DNA of 64,000 nucleotides from Podarcis melisellensis (Eukaryota), in NCBI GenBank assembly GCA_964234715.1, contig OZ174290.1, one strand, 5' to 3'. Made by a program: the position numbers and the translations under genes. Below the pieces are notes generated by a model that worked only from the letters and a program-made list of their open reading frames with translations, made no database searches and was not told where the DNA came from. Positions 12,680 to 24,990 of the stretch are shown piece after piece (the first letter of the stretch is position 1; each line of letters opens with the position of its first letter).

Positions 12680-13864
12680 TACCCCCAAAATTTGTTGTTG
12701 TTTTAATTTTTTTCATTGGCCATGCCCACTTTTGGTAATGGGCTAATGAAGCTCTCATCCCAAAAAAGGTCAGCTAGCCCTGGTATACACTGCAGACCCA
12801 GGACTGAAGACATTGATGATTGGTCATGGGGGTTCTTGCTAGTTTGAGGAATTTGAATTCCTTTTTGAAATGTCTTAATCCAGACCAATTGCTGCTGAAT
12901 TTAGGGATCTATTCAATTTTGCACTTCTCCCAGTGTGGAGATGCCATTCCAGACTGTTTAAACTCAGTTTGTGCTGAAGTTTTTGGTCAGACTTGTTTTC
13001 TAAAAAGTGATTTCACTGGGTGGGGATCAAGTGAAAATGCCCCCAAAGATAATTGTGGTGGTGGGATATATTATCAGAAATATCCTGGAGTGGGGCTATG
13101 CTACCTGCCAGAATAACAACATCCAAAAATTACAAGTTGGGAGAGGTAATTGATTATAGGGCAGAACTGGTCCTGTGCTTTAGAAAGATGTTTTCACTGA
13201 ATATATTTCTTACTACAGCACTGAGAGTTGCCCACTCCAGATAGCAGCTGATCAGCACTGTTATATGTTTATCCCAATATTACTAATTAGTCATTATTAT
13301 TTTATTGCTTTCCGTCATGAAATAGCCAGCTGGACATCACTGATGCCTGAGACATTCTTAATTATTATCTACATTTCTTTTGAATTGCAAGTCATTCCCT
13401 GGAGACAATCCCCTTTTTGAATGCAGAGGCGGGGGAACGAGGAAATGACACCACACAACGAAATCTCCCTCTAATTAATTCCGATTGCTGTCTTCTGCAT
13501 CACATTATCTATCAATTTGTGCAACATGCATTTTCTTTTTAGGGGGGAAAAAAAGTACTAACGAAACTATCCCAGATGCTCATTAATGGAAAATGGCCAC
13601 ATGGCTGCTGGAGTGGAAGCGTATAATATACCGAATCCAACTTTTTCCTCCCTTGCTTGCTTTCAAAGAAGGTGGATAGTTTGGGGAGTTGGTATAATAA
13701 TCAAAACATGTAGTGAATATTCAGTGAATATCCTGGAGCAGGAGTGAGGAACCTGCAGTCCACAAACAGGTTTACCGAAACAGTGAGAACTAGGCCTTAG
13801 TGAGAGTCATGGAGGGCAGTGTTTGAATAAGTACAACCAGTTCATTTCTTCTTTGCCTTTGGAG

Positions 13865-13900
<36 letters not shown>

Positions 13901-14894
13901 GGGAGCCTGCACTTGGAAGCTCCGATCTGGTCACAACACCATGTTTGTGTATTCATGCATTGCCGTGTAGGCTTGTCAACTAGGCATGTTTTCTCTCCAG
14001 GAGACAAGCTGAGATGATGAGGGCACCACCATGGACTTGCTCTGTATCACTGTTCACAGATCCCACCTGTCATCTGCATAAAGTCACTTGCTGTCTTCAA
14101 TTCTTTTAGATGTATGGTTTTCTTCCTTTGGAAAGGCTAAGAGGCTTTCGTTTTGCCAAACTCTACTTTGTCTGATATGTGCAATTCCCAGCATCTTGGG
14201 CCCAGACCTGGCTTCTACTTGATGTAATCTTAATTTATATCATGTACTTCAAGTATGAGTTGACTGGGTACCCGGCAATCCTCTGAAGGATGATGCTGAA
14301 CAGATCTGAAGGAAAGCAGCCGTTTGATCTATATTAAGGACTCTATGTAAATAGGGCTGTTTGGGGGGGCGGGTGTGAGTTCAACAATAAGCTCAGTTTT
14401 CACAATGAGTTTAGCAAAGCAAATAATTAATTAGCTCCTGCACTTCTTTCTGTGAACAGGCACTCGCCTTGACTTTGGAACATCCCATTTACAGTTTAGC
14501 AACTCTCCAGGTGTGACTTCCTTTTGAAGCTGGAATTCAACCTTCACAGTACCCAGGTAAAAGAAGGAACCATCCTTTCCAAAACAGGTGAAAAAGGAAC
14601 AAATGAAAAAAGCAGGGCTCCAGTCCTCCTACAGCTAGTCATAATTCCTAGGGAAATATTTTATTTATATGCCCAGGAATGGCAGGGGTTTACCTATGGG
14701 TGTGGGAGAAATTCAGTGCAGTGAGCCTACCTAATTCACACTTATTGAAATAACACATGAATTTAAACACAGCTGCCCTTCAAAATTTGCAAATCTCTGA
14801 ATTTAGCAGTGTCAGATGCCAGCAAAGTACTGTTTACAAAAACACATATACTAGGATAGAGTGTGCATAAAAATGCACAAATTAGTGAAAATAC

Positions 14895-15136
14895 TAGGGT
14901 TGCCATACATCTGGAATTTCCAGGACATACCCAGAATACTGCAGTGTCCAGGCCAAAATTGGCTAAATGTCTGGGAAAATCTGGATGTATGACAACCGAT
15001 GTCAGCAGTGTCGCTCAAAAATGTCATTTTTAAAAATTTTCTTGTGGTTTTGCCGCAAAAGCTCAACAACTTTGCCAAAAAAAAAAAGCAGCTTAAATCA
15101 GACTGGATTTTCACTTTTTGAAATATGGCAACCCTA
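14895..15136. mobile_element. MITE with TAGGGTTGCCATA TIRs, nested in an older repeat
   Basis: Perfect 13-bp inverted termini; no clear TSD. Confidence 0.75.
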
Positions 15137-15299
15137 AGTTCCATAGAAAGTAGATTATATTGGGGAAAAGTTGTGTAGTGTAGTGAAAACTGCATAAACA
15201 CATGCAATGGTATGTTTATTCAGAGAAATTCACACTAAAATGCTGATGAATTTTAGGAGGATTAAAAAAATAAATCGGCAGGTGTGGAAATCTGAAGAA

Positions 15300-15860
15300 T
15301 GAGTACTCGCACTTTATTTGCAGATTAACTTTTTCTTCCTGTTTAGCTGGTGCTGCTACGGTCTTTGACTGGTTGCTTTTGAAGGACTGGGAAGAAATTT
15401 TCCTGCGTTGGCAGGTTTTGTCTTCCTTGTAGTAATTAGTCACAACTTTGGTGGTTTATGGCCTTAGGTGGAATCCTTTAGTCTTTTCTTCCCTATAATT
15501 GGGGGGGGGGGCATGAAGTGGTGACTCACCCCCCTGTGGCGGCGATTCCAGGGTCCCTCTCTTAAAGGGGTTATATATATGGATGTCATCAGCCATACAC
15601 TGAAAGGCTGTCAGTGAACTACCCTACATGCTGGGATATGGGCTGGGTTGCCTGCTACACATAGGTCTCGCAGAGCACCCTGATGTTCCCCAGTTCCCCC
15701 GGCTGGGGAATACACACCCACCGCCTAAGCCAAGGTCTTCCTACATTAGGAAGTTTAATAAAGTTGTGGCCTAATTTAATTCCACAACACATTGTCAGAG
15801 TCTTTATTCCTTTCCTATGATCCGTGGGGGCTGGGGCTGTCACGGCCTGGTCATGCAATG
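15300..15860 (+). mobile_element. Unclassified LTR-like repeat, single-unit copy
   Basis: Near-identical to 9267-9765 plus the shared 3' end; its first bases GAGTACTCGCACTTTA resemble 9014-9029. Confidence 0.75.
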
Positions 15861-17711
15861 GAATTTAAGATGAGGAACAAGATGTCCAGATGTGTCTACC
15901 TGTATCTCCATGTGGGGGAAACCTCGGATAATAAGCCTGCATCAAAGCCCCAGTTCTACAGCAAGCTTAGCATCATGGTTAAGCCTGCTCTGTGTATCTT
16001 TTCTCTCCTAGCTGCTCTGGTGCCATTTCTCAGCCTTCCTGCAAAAGCTTCTGACTCACTCTTGCATGTGATAGAGCTCTTTCTTTGCAGTGATTCACTG
16101 AAGGTCATTTGTTTGGAAGATCTCTTGATGGCAATAAAATGTAGCATGTGAGGAACAAAATAATCCATTACTCCTCTCCCAGCTCCCAATGCAATAACCA
16201 GCCCTTGCCTTCATGCAAGATCCCACTGTGCTGTGATATTATGCAAATGAAAAGCATTAGACCAGTTGCATAACATCCATCGCCTCCCTTTCTTTATGAT
16301 TAAAGCTGGTGGTCTGTGGGGGTGATGGATCTCTAGCACTGTTTCCCAAACGGCTGAGAAATAAGGCTCATTATTATTTGAATTAAAAATGAAAGCACAC
16401 ATCACCCTTACGCTGGGAAAGATTTACTTTTAAGAGTGTGTAAGAGGGAAGCCCATCTCTCCTGCAATTCTGCTTGAATCACGTATCTGGGCATGCAGAG
16501 ATGCAATGGGCAGCCTCCTCCAATCCATTGTGTTTATGCATTAGGAGTGATCGATCTGAACGCACCTGAGGTATTGAGACAGGTCGCTTCCAGAATGCCA
16601 CAATTTTGGGGTGGGATTTAATCACATCCCGGCAAATTAAAGCTGAATAAGTCAAGCTGAATTGGGAGTGCTTGAAAAACAAACCTGCTTCCCCCCTCCA
16701 AAGAATGGATTTCTTGCGATAAGGAAAGTGATGGGGGGATACGCTGCAGAGTGTGGGATAGCACTTACCAGGCACAACAACTTCAGCTAATCTCTCCTCA
16801 AACAAATTGAGAGGAATGCTCAATAAGTAGTTAATGTGGTCTAATCTCTACACAAACATATCAGGCTGAAGGCTCATTAAACCAATTGTCTGAAAGTGAC
16901 CACAGAAGAAACATTTGACCACCACACCCCCTGGACCATGGCTAGAAGGAGCAGACTTGTTATTTAGGCCCTTCCATGAGGGTGGAGGGGACAGTTGCAC
17001 ACCCCCCTTCCTGATCAGCCATAACCCACAGTTGCCCAGCTTTCATTTCTGAAAAGGGCAAGTTTCTCATGGTTGTAGAATCTGAGATTTGAGACAAAAT
17101 GCATGGTAGAATTATTTTTATGGGTGTGTGAGAAATCAGCATGCTTTCAGTGTTTTACTTTGGCCCACCGACCCACCCCGGCAAAGTCCTGTGTACGTCC
17201 ATGCTTGCCATTAGAAATGTTGTAGGGCATGGTCTAAGATGCATTAAGCCTGATATGTTTAAGTCCACAAGATGCCTGAAACAGGAGAAAGAAGGAAGTG
17301 GGATGGTTTTGTTCTCTCTAAATAGGCCAGATTCAGTGCTTCATTCACTCCAGGGCCCGACATGGGAGGGAGAAAATGGGTTGGTATGAGGTTTTTGCTA
17401 GAAGTGGGATGGAATCCCACTGCACCCTGTCCCACCTCAGGCTCTGGTTGTGTCAACGATGAAGGAAACAAAATGTAATTTTATTGCATTAAAATATAAG
17501 GGCCAGGTGCTTATCAGTGCTTGCTGCATTCATTGGCCATAATGTGGGAAGATGGGAGGCAAGTTTATATGTCAGCGAGCATTTCAGTAGAATCCTGAGT
17601 GCATACTTTCCTTCATCTCCCCACAATTAATAGAGATCGCCATTGCCACCACCATGATCATACCTGTCTACATTCAGTGTCCAGCATAGAAACAACAGCA
17701 GAAGTTATATT

Positions 17712-18292
17712 CAGTGCTTTTTTCCCTTAAAAAATGTTTAGGGGTTGTCAGGGAACTGACATCGAAGTGGAGGCAGGGCTCCCAAGCGATGCCGGAGAAG
17801 GGCCAAGCAGAGAGAGAGGGGACTCATCGGCTGGGGAAGGAAATCAGCGTAACACCAGGGATAAAGGGGGCGGATGGGGGAATCAGAGAGGGGGCTCCAG
17901 GACTCTTCGCTGGAGACCAGCGGGGAGAGCACAGGTCCTCCGCTACCCACACCCATCCTGCGCAGAAGACTTCAGCGCAGGGAAAGTAGGCGTAGACTTG
18001 GCGTCAAAGAACTTCTTTGCTGGAAGAAGTTCAAGAAACGCCCACTGACGGATTCTGCTAGCGACTGAACAGCCACGAAGTGAAGGGCTGTCCAGCCAGG
18101 AAAGGTTTAACCAGGCTACCTAGCCAGGAGTGGCGGCAACTTACGCACGAGCAACCCCATATAACCATTACAGGGGTAATCTCATTTTCCTAGTCATATT
18201 GAAATACTGCCCCTCAGTGAGGCCAAACCTAGATTCACAAAATGTTTAGGGGTATGTTTACCCCTGTGTCTCCCCAGGAGAAAAAAGCACTG
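17712..18292. mobile_element. hAT-type MITE (CAGTGCTTTTTT TIRs) hosting the solo LTR
   Basis: TIRs CAGTGCTTTTTT / AAAAAAGCACTG; perfect 8-bp TSD GTTATATT at 17704-17711 and 18293-18300. Confidence 0.88.
17746..18172 (+). mobile_element. Solo LTR, same family
   Basis: TGTCAGG...ATTACA termini; perfect 5-bp TSD GGGGT at 17741-17745 and 18173-18177; nested in a hAT-type MITE. Confidence 0.9.
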
Positions 18293-18757
18293 GTTATATT
18301 GTATTTTATGGTGGTGAACACCATGAAGAAATAAAAGTATTCAAGCAAAACTGCTTGGCTACTGACTTCTTCAGCCATCGTGAAGTGAATGCAGGTGCAG
18401 AACATATGCTGAAAGGATGAGGCCTAGAATGTCTCCTCATCCTAGCTATGATCCTGAGAAAGAGATAAGAGGAGTCCTCGGGAAGCCTCTTTGGGGAGTG
18501 GATAACAGGACTGCCAGAGCCTTTAATGATTTCATTCACACACTTTCCAGAATACATGCTGGGTAAAAGATTCCCTTCCGACACAACAGTTCTATGATAA
18601 TATGATTAGAGTGGTCTATAGAATTACTTGCCTAGTCGATATTTAGTACCTGGACTTCATACGTTTTTTACGGAATTTTAGTTGAATTTGTCAATGGTAT
18701 TTTTGTGTGTGTGTGTGTTTGCATGTCACTTGAAGAACGTTGGATAGCAAGTGACTA

Positions 18758-18758
<1 letters not shown>

Positions 18759-18813
<55 letters not shown>

Positions 18814-18964
18814 AGTCGTATTGGGATGTGCGCACAGCAAACCCGGAAGTATTTTACCGGGTTTCGCCATGCGTGCATGCGCAGAAGTGGTCCTTAGGCT
18901 GCGGAAACTTCGGGATCCGACCGGACCTCCGGAACGGACGCAGTCCACAACTGGAGGTACCACT

Positions 18965-19006
<42 letters not shown>
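18759..19006. repeat. (AAT)n microsatellite split by a MITE
   Basis: Arrays at ~18759-18811 and ~18966-19006. Confidence 0.97.
18813..18965. mobile_element. Tigger-like MITE inside an (AAT)n microsatellite
   Basis: TA-CAGTCGTA...GGTACCACTG-TA with AAT arrays on both sides. Confidence 0.82.
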
Positions 19007-20071
19007 GGTGTTGAAATGCACCAAGGGCAGTGGGCTTATTTGCAGGACCAACGTACATACATAGCAGGACTTTATTTTTACACTGGAACCCATGGGTTAA
19101 AAATAATAATAATGTAACAGCACTGCTTCTATAGCAGCATACCAATGGCGAGCTGTCTTCCTAGGGATGAATGGAGAAGGGAGCAAAAAAAGAACAGAAA
19201 AGAAAGACGCAGGGGAATAGAGCGGTCTTGGGAGAGGGAGGAGCTGCTGAAAAATAAATCAAAAGGAACTCGAGGACAGCAAAGAAAAATAGCGATGAAA
19301 GTTTAAAAGGTGCATCTCTCTCTTCGGCCTATTTGTCTTGTGGTGAGTTTCTGTGTGGATGTGTCTGAGAGGCAGAAAGGGTGGGTGGGAGGGAGAGATG
19401 ATGTCTCACTTCCAGCGCTAGAGGGAGTGACGAAACGTATCATGCTCCAAATATCTTAGGGCTTGGCGGAGAAACACTGACATGAGCATTTTTTATTACT
19501 TGGCTGTCCGGAAATGGGGATTGCTGCATTGCTATATAAAAGGCAGAAAGGAGAAAACGGAATGAAAAGGCAAAGGAAAGGGGGGAAAGCATGCAATACT
19601 TCCCTGTTATTATGCTCATAATATGTTTTTCGCTCTCATAGCTGAGCACATGTGCTTTTTATTGCATGGCGTGTACATAAAGGCTGCAATCTTACATGTC
19701 GAGGACTGGGAAGTAGGAGTCCTCCAGGTGTTACCAGACTCCCAGCTCCCCTTATCTCCGCCCATTGGCCATGCTGGTTGGGGCTGATGGGAACTAGAGA
19801 TCAGCAACTTCTGAAGGACCACAGGCCCCCAGTCCCTGAAGTACACAGTGACAACCAAGCAAGTGCCACTGAAATCAGTGAGACAGAGTCGAAATGTTTT
19901 TAATTGGGCTGAAAGTGTAATTAAAGGCTTGCTTTTAAAAAGATAGCTCTCTAGAATAGCTCTCTGTTATGGGTGCTGAGAATTGTTAGGAGACCTTTGT
20001 TCCTCTCACAGAGCTAGAGTTCTATCACACTTCATATAGAACTCTGGGAATTGCAACCCTGTGAGGGGAAT

Positions 20072-20458
20072 AGGTAAAAACGTAAAGGACCCCTGGATGG
20101 TTAAGTCCAGTCAAAGGCAACTATGGGATTGTGGCACTCATCTTGCTTTCAGGCCGAGAGCCGGTGTTTGTCCACAGACAGCTTTCCAGGTCATGTGGCC
20201 AGCATGACTAGACCACTTCTGGCATAACGGAACACCGTGACAGAAACCAGAGTGCATGGAAACACTGTTTACCTTCCAGCCGCTGTGGTACCTATTTATC
20301 TACTTGCACTGGTATTCTTTCAAACTGCTAGGTTGGCAGGAGCTGGGACAGAGCAATGGGAACTCACCCTGTTGCGGGGATTCGAGCCGCCAACCTTCTG
20401 TTCTGATCGGCAAGCCCAAGAGGCTCAGTGTTTTAGACCACAGCACCACCCGTGTCCC
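20072..20458 (-). mobile_element. Sauria SINE
   Basis: Same consensus, reverse orientation, full length. Confidence 0.92.
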
Positions 20459-20475
20459 TATACAGGTCTCCCAGC

Positions 20476-20938
20476 CAGAGGTGTAGCATGGGGGACCCAG
20501 CAGGGGGGGGGCGGTTAGCTCTGGGTGCACAATATTTAGCGGATGCACACCCACACAGGGCTCCCCACCTGCCACCAGGGATCTCTGGCCTGGCCTGGCC
20601 TGGCCTCAGCGTCGGGTCCGCAGCCCCTTCACTGAATGGCCACCTGGGCAGTGTTGAGGGGGGATTTGCCTGCCAAGGACGCCATTGGCTGGATGGGTTC
20701 ACCCCTGCATGGGTGGGCAGGAGCACATTGCAGCCCTGCTTGGCTCCAGTGGCTAGGGCTAAGCTGGCACATGAGTTCCATCAACCTTCCATGCCCTGTG
20801 CATGCACGTCTGGTGGTGTTGGTAGCGAGGGCTGGCCCGGCTTGGTGGGTTCTGTTGTCCCGGCTTCGCCCATCCCCACCTGGCATGCGCGCACATGTGC
20901 AAGCACCCTGGGCCCTAGGAAAGAATGCCACACCGCTG
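20476..20938. mobile_element. GC-rich hAT-type MITE
   Basis: Degenerate TIRs CAGAGGTGTAGC / GCCACACCGCTG; TSD CTCCCAGC/CTCCTAGC. Confidence 0.72.
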
Positions 20939-22098
20939 CTCCTAGCAACTCTGACCATCCTTAACAAACTACAGCTCCCAGCATTCTTGGGGGAAAGCTA
21001 TGGCTGGCTAGCATAGTGCTTTAAATATATGATGTGAACATGGCCTAGCTCTGAATAGCACTGCACCTGGACCCATCTGTCCCAGTTTGGCTTTTTTAAT
21101 GTGGCTCATGAATAAACACTCCTTTAAATTCTGCATTCAGCCCTGAGAAACTTTGGAAAGAAGTATGAGCCATCTCTCCAAGCATTGGCACGGATCAAAG
21201 AGTTCCTCTGTGCCTGTGAAGAGCTGCCCGTGCCCTTGGAGTGCTTTCGTTTCAACTGCAGGGGTGTTGGAAACCATTAATGAGAGAGCTAAATGTCTGA
21301 CCTTTGGTGGCTGTAACTAATGGCTGCAATTCGGGCTGTTAAAAAATGAAGGGAGGTCAGGAGGAGACTATCCATGTGTGAAAGGAATGATGAGAGGGCT
21401 GAGCGGAGTCCTGGACTCTCCAGCTGGGTACTCACATGCTTCCCATTGCCATAGAAACTAAGCACCTCTCAGCCAATAATGGATTTGTCTCCTTTTAGCA
21501 AGGGAAGTGCCATTAGCTCCATTTCACAGATGAGGGCCCTGAGGTACCGAGACAGTATGGAGTTATAGCTGCCACAATCACCTCATGTTTTCTGCAGGCA
21601 TTGTAGGCACCATAGAGACCACAATATCCTGAGTGGTTTTTTAAAAATCATAACATTGGTTCACTGAGTACAAACAGCAGGGGCATGTGGAGGTATTTGT
21701 GATGGTTGTTCCAGAATATAAAACTCCCTCTCACCTAGAGCATGGTTGGGGAACATGTGGCCATTCAGATGTTGTTTGATTATAGCATCTGTCATCCCTG
21801 ATCTCTAGTCATGGTGGCAAGGGCGGAGGGAAGCTGAAGTCCTACAATGGATTGTACGGATCCCTTGTACATGTGTAGCAGCTCATGTGTTGGACTTTTA
21901 CAGACTTCTGCATGTGACATGTGGTTTTTGACACGAGAAGGCTCAATGGTGGAGCTAAAAGGAAGGACCCACTGCTTAAGAATAATGTGTAAATATAGTG
22001 TGTGCCAACGTTCAATCAGTTGGTGTGCCAATGTTACAGGCTGTGTTGTGAATTGTTGCATCCCCACCCAGCTGCTACCTACAGGTAGGACAGATATT

Positions 22099-22247
22099 AT
22101 AATAATAGCTCAGTCAGTAGATTATGAGACTCTTAATTTCAGGGTCATGGGTTTGAGCCCCATGTTGGGCAAAAGATTCCTGCCTTGCAGGGGGTTGGAC
22201 TAGTTGACCATCGTGGTCCCTTCCAACTCTGCAATTCTATGATTCTA
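22099..22247 (+). mobile_element. SINE with tRNA-Lys(CUU)-derived head and CR1-type 3' tail
   Basis: TAGCTCAGTCAGTAGATTATGAGACTCTTAATTTCAGGGTCATGGGTTTGAGCCCCATGTTGGGC matches tRNA-Lys(CTT) with CpG decay; followed by GGTTGGACTAG...GGTCCCTTCCAACTCT...ATTCTATGATTCTA, a CR1 3' end. Confidence 0.85.
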
Positions 22248-23819
22248 AGAATCACTGCTAGACAGGATGCATGTGAGACTGGACAGACCTTTCTAAGGGG
22301 CAGTAAACTAAATAAGCAACAACAACCCAGTGAGCATTGTGTTGCTTCTGTTGTTACTTTCCCATGAGTTGCAAATGGTCCACAATCACTTTAGGGCACT
22401 TGGCCAGCAGGTTTCAATTTACCAATCCTAGCTGACTTAAATAGGAGGGGGAGGAGATGAGGATATAAGGAGGCAGCTATTTCCATACCACCCTGTTTTC
22501 ATTACAATCAGCAGTGCTTCCATTCTACTACAGGTCAGCGTCTGCTGAAACCTACATTGTTTGCTTCACTATTCACTACAGCTAAAACTCATGGAATAAA
22601 TTATGTCCTTCATTACGCAATTAATTTCAATGGAAAGATAAAAAATGCAGAAAATAATGAAATTATCTGCATAGCATTTGCAAACTAAAAAGCCAACAAG
22701 AGCGAATGCCGCTTGTATTCACTTGTGTGATTTCCATTCCTGACCTCCAACAAACTTGTGAATTGTGGCAATTTCCACTCTGACATAGTTCTTCAACATC
22801 CTCTTGGCATTTGGTGATGGATGTTGGGCACTGTCACCCGTGAGACTGAAAAATTACAGGCACACAGTGTCATGACTCAATTTTAATTTGGAGATAAGTT
22901 TCTCCTATTTTGGGACTGGGAAGGATTGATTTTTAACAAAGGTGAATGGATGTTTTCTCTCCCCTCCACCCTGCCTTCTCCCCTTCTCTCTCTTCTATCT
23001 AAAGGGCAAGCATTTATTTGAAACAAAACAAAACAATACAAAACGAAAAACAAAGCTTAAATCTAAATTGCTCGGCTCAGGAGGGTTTGTGTGTTACTTG
23101 TGCTCAATTCTTCTTTCCTGGGAATAATAGGCAAGTCTAGATTTGGTGGTTGCTGAATTTTGATAATAAAGAAATAAAGAAAAAAGAAAAGAAAACTGAT
23201 TAAATAAAAAAAGAATGAACAGCAAAACCTTGGCAAGGGTGAGTAAATCCACTCAAACTGCTTCACCTGGTTTTCCAAAGGTCATTTAACCTGTAATTTC
23301 TCCACCGACCATCCTATCCATTTAGAGTCCTCGGTACTTAATTTGTAAAGTAATATGTGGCAGAGCTCATAGCTGCACAAAGCAAAATGAAGCCTGAGCT
23401 TGAAAGCTTGTATGCTAAGGAACTATTCTCAGAGTTCTTAGCTATGACAGCAAAAGAGATCTCCTGTGTTCCAAGGCAGTGTACTTGGAGCAAACAATGA
23501 GGCAGGACAATTGTTTTCATGCCATTCTAGAAGCTTCAGGCTGGTTACTATTAGAAGAGAGAGGAGTCTTTCAGGGCCTTGAAGATAGGTTCTGTTGATT
23601 CCATTCTGGAAACTCTATGCACACATCACTAATGTGCAGGACATATTCCTGTACAGACTGGAAGAGGGCTCACTCTCTTAAAGTGTCCAATGCCAGCTTT
23701 TCTTTTTCAGAAAACCACCACCGGTCCAAACAGGAAAGCTGATGCACCAGTGCTTCCCAGCTTCTGCACAACTGGGACAGCTGATCGTGTGAGTGTCCCA
23801 ATCATGTAGATGCCCTGCA

Positions 23820-24025
23820 AGTGAGGAGGTTACAGTGTTGGGCCAGGACCTTGGAAACCAGAGTTCAAATCCTCACTCAGCCATGAAGCTGAGTGGGCCA
23901 GTCACCATCTCTCAGCCTAACCCACCTCCCAGAGTTCTTGTGAGGGTAGTCTGGAGAGGGCAGGGAGAGAGCCATGTATGCCACTTCAAGCTCCTTAGAA
24001 GGAAGGTCAGCTAGAAATGTAATAC
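23820..24025 (+). mobile_element. Old tRNA-derived SINE (Squam3/CORE-like)
   Basis: B-box GAGTTCAAATCC followed by TCTCTCAGCCTAACCCACCTC...TTGTGAGG core; decayed. Confidence 0.65.
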
Positions 24026-24537
24026 TAAAAGCAACACACACAAAAGCAAGAGATGATGTAGGGGGCAGGACTAAAAGTCTGTACTTGAACATACACTATG
24101 GTACATAGGTTTACTGATTCACTAGAAACATGTCAGGATCCTATTCACTACAGAGACATGGGAAGACCTCTTCCAAAAACCTTGAGGAACCCGCTGCAGT
24201 GCAAAGCCAGTCTGAAGAGCCCCTTCCTAGGCACTCATGACCCTATCCCAAGCCTGGCCTTGATCCTTGATTCTTTCCCATCACCACCTGGGCTTTGGAA
24301 ATGAAGGCAAGAGTGAACCTAGTGGAGCTTGGGGAAGCACATCTTCCCCTCCCCAAGGTACCATGGCTGTCCCAGCCAGTCTTGTGATGACGGTGAACTT
24401 TTGTTGGTGTGAACTTTCTAAATCTGTGGAGACCCCCTGTGCTCTGCCAGGGTTCTCAATGACTCTCCACAGATACCCAAAGAGTCACATGAGCTGATGG
24501 GGGAGGCTAAATGCACATCACCATATTCTATCCAGTC

Positions 24538-24728
24538 CAGTGGCGTAATGTGTGAGGGGAAAGGGGTGGTTGTCCCGAGTGTAAAATTATTAGGGGCGCA
24601 AAATTTCGCATCTCTATGGCTGTGATCTTCTGGGTGACACTGTTAGGCAGCTGAACGTACTCCATTCATTTCCTTCCCTCCCCCCCTCCGTGTGGCCCCG
24701 GGCACTGGCAACCCATGCTACGCTACTG
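24538..24728. mobile_element. Older hAT-type MITE related to the CAGTGGCGTA family
   Basis: CAGTGGCGTA...TACGCTACTG termini; TATCCAGT on both flanks. Confidence 0.72.
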
Positions 24729-24990
24729 TATCCAGTTGTCTCTTCTCCTGTTTTGACAGCTGAATAGGGATCTAGAAATCTGTTTGTGGTTGACAATCTT
24801 TGAAATTAATATTGCCTTAAGTGTAGGCTAATGGTATTAGGTAGATTCTTCACATCCCCATTTATTTGCCTCACACTGTCTAGTTATTAGAACCAGTGTT
24901 CCGACTTATGATTTGTCAATTAACAGGGTCTTGAGTAATCTGTCTGACTCAAAGATTAAAGATCTGAAATGGTAGCACTTTTGGATGTTT

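Noticed and set aside
7102-18172. The two similar, same-orientation LTRs 10 kb apart as the ends of one provirus
   Set aside because: Each has its own distinct perfect TSD (GTGTC and GGGGT), they are clearly diverged, and no gag/pol remnants lie between them.
19140-19560. Possible promoter or first exon (GTGAGT near 19343, TATATAAAAG near 19533)
   Set aside because: The order of the motifs is inconsistent with one transcript and such short motifs occur by chance.
20452-21016. Overlapping 112-170 aa ORFs
   Set aside because: They lie in a GC-rich MITE where stops are rare; no recognisable domain.
22099-22171. Functional tRNA-Lys gene
   Set aside because: Acceptor stem and B box are mutated and it is fused to a CR1 tail, so it is a SINE head.
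24131-24489. Possible solo LTR (TGTCAGG...TCACA)
   Set aside because: No TSD and no clear similarity to the other LTRs.
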